Origin: Deltaproteobacteria bacterium
Lineage (GTDB): Bacteria > Desulfobacterota > DSM-4660 > Desulfatiglandales > HGW-15
Length of the DNA stretch: 58,956 nt
Assembly: GCA_019313825.1 (NCBI GenBank)
Contig: JAFDAM010000003.1
Location: 1-58,956 of the forward strand
Direction: 5' to 3'
In this document: positions 58,620-58,956 of the stretch, piece after piece
How positions within the stretch are numbered: the first letter of the stretch is position 1
How the letters are laid out: the number at the start of each line of letters is the position of its first letter
Notes under the pieces: model-generated
What the model saw: only the letters and a program-made list of their open reading frames with translations
Told to the model about the DNA's origin: nothing
The model's database searches: none
Translations under genes and position numbers: made by a program

Positions 58620-58830
58620 TCAGGCCACCCCCTGTAACAATCAGGTGGATATGGGGATACCATTTCATGTCAGCGCCAAAGGTGTGAATCACGATGAGGA
58701 TACCCATACGCATTTGTTTGACGTCCCTCGCCCACTGCTGAATGGCTTCAGTCGCAGCTTGAACTAAAAGATTGAGACCAGCTTGACGATTCATTATAAT
58801 GACGATACGTAATTGCCAACAAATTGTATC
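58620..58830 (-). mobile_element. IS91-family (Y2, HUH) transposase remnant
   Basis: WQLR...NR...IHTFGADMKWYPHIHLIVTGGGL HUH motif; N-terminal Zn domain and YxxxY catalytic region missing. Confidence 0.8.
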
Positions 58831-58956
58831 CAGTGAACAGCCCCGAACCCCGCAGTGAGACATAAAGTTAGGCGCAATTAGGAAGGAGCCTTTGAAAAAA
58901 AGCAATCAGAAGCCTAAACAGATGAACCACAAAAACAAATACCAATAAGCTTGTCA

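Overview
This 59-kb window is from a sulfate-reducing Desulfobacterota-type genome (lineage inferred from gene content). It has four blocks. (1) 0.5-7.5 kb: respiratory locus with tetraheme cytochrome c3, ferredoxin and dsrTMKJOP, bracketed by two inverted copies of a MITE and interrupted by a second MITE. (2) 9.1-38.1 kb: catabolic island. A central sigma54 activator sits between two divergent operons whose -24/-12 promoters share a conserved upstream activator block at near-identical spacing. The left arm has a TRAP transporter lacking the carboxylate-binding Arg, an acyl-CoA dehydrogenase, and tandemly duplicated CoA ligase plus hydroxycinnamoyl-CoA hydratase/lyase-like genes. The right arm has a cyclic amidohydrolase, a complete padEFGHI arylglyoxylate oxidoreductase without padBCD, a TIM-barrel protein, an FAD oxidoreductase and an ABC importer. 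This is the best candidate for an undescribed system, possibly anaerobic breakdown of N-heterocyclic lactams (inference). (3) 38-48 kb: an MglA GTPase module without MglB (DUF4388/cNMP, TPR-like and PilZ partners) between twin receiver proteins, plus an atypical argG, a kynureninase remnant, cyclophilin, an orphan binding protein and an iodotyrosine deiodinase-like enzyme. (4) 48.4-58.9 kb: AT-richer defence island with a decaying Type I R-M system (intact hsdR, ochre-interrupted hsdS, frameshifted hsdM), inserted AlbA_2 and RhuM/Fic genes, an mrr gene behind an A8 tract and an IS91 remnant. A nested palindromic element occurs twice. No rRNA, tRNA or CRISPR array was seen. All homology calls are from motif recognition by eye, not database searches.
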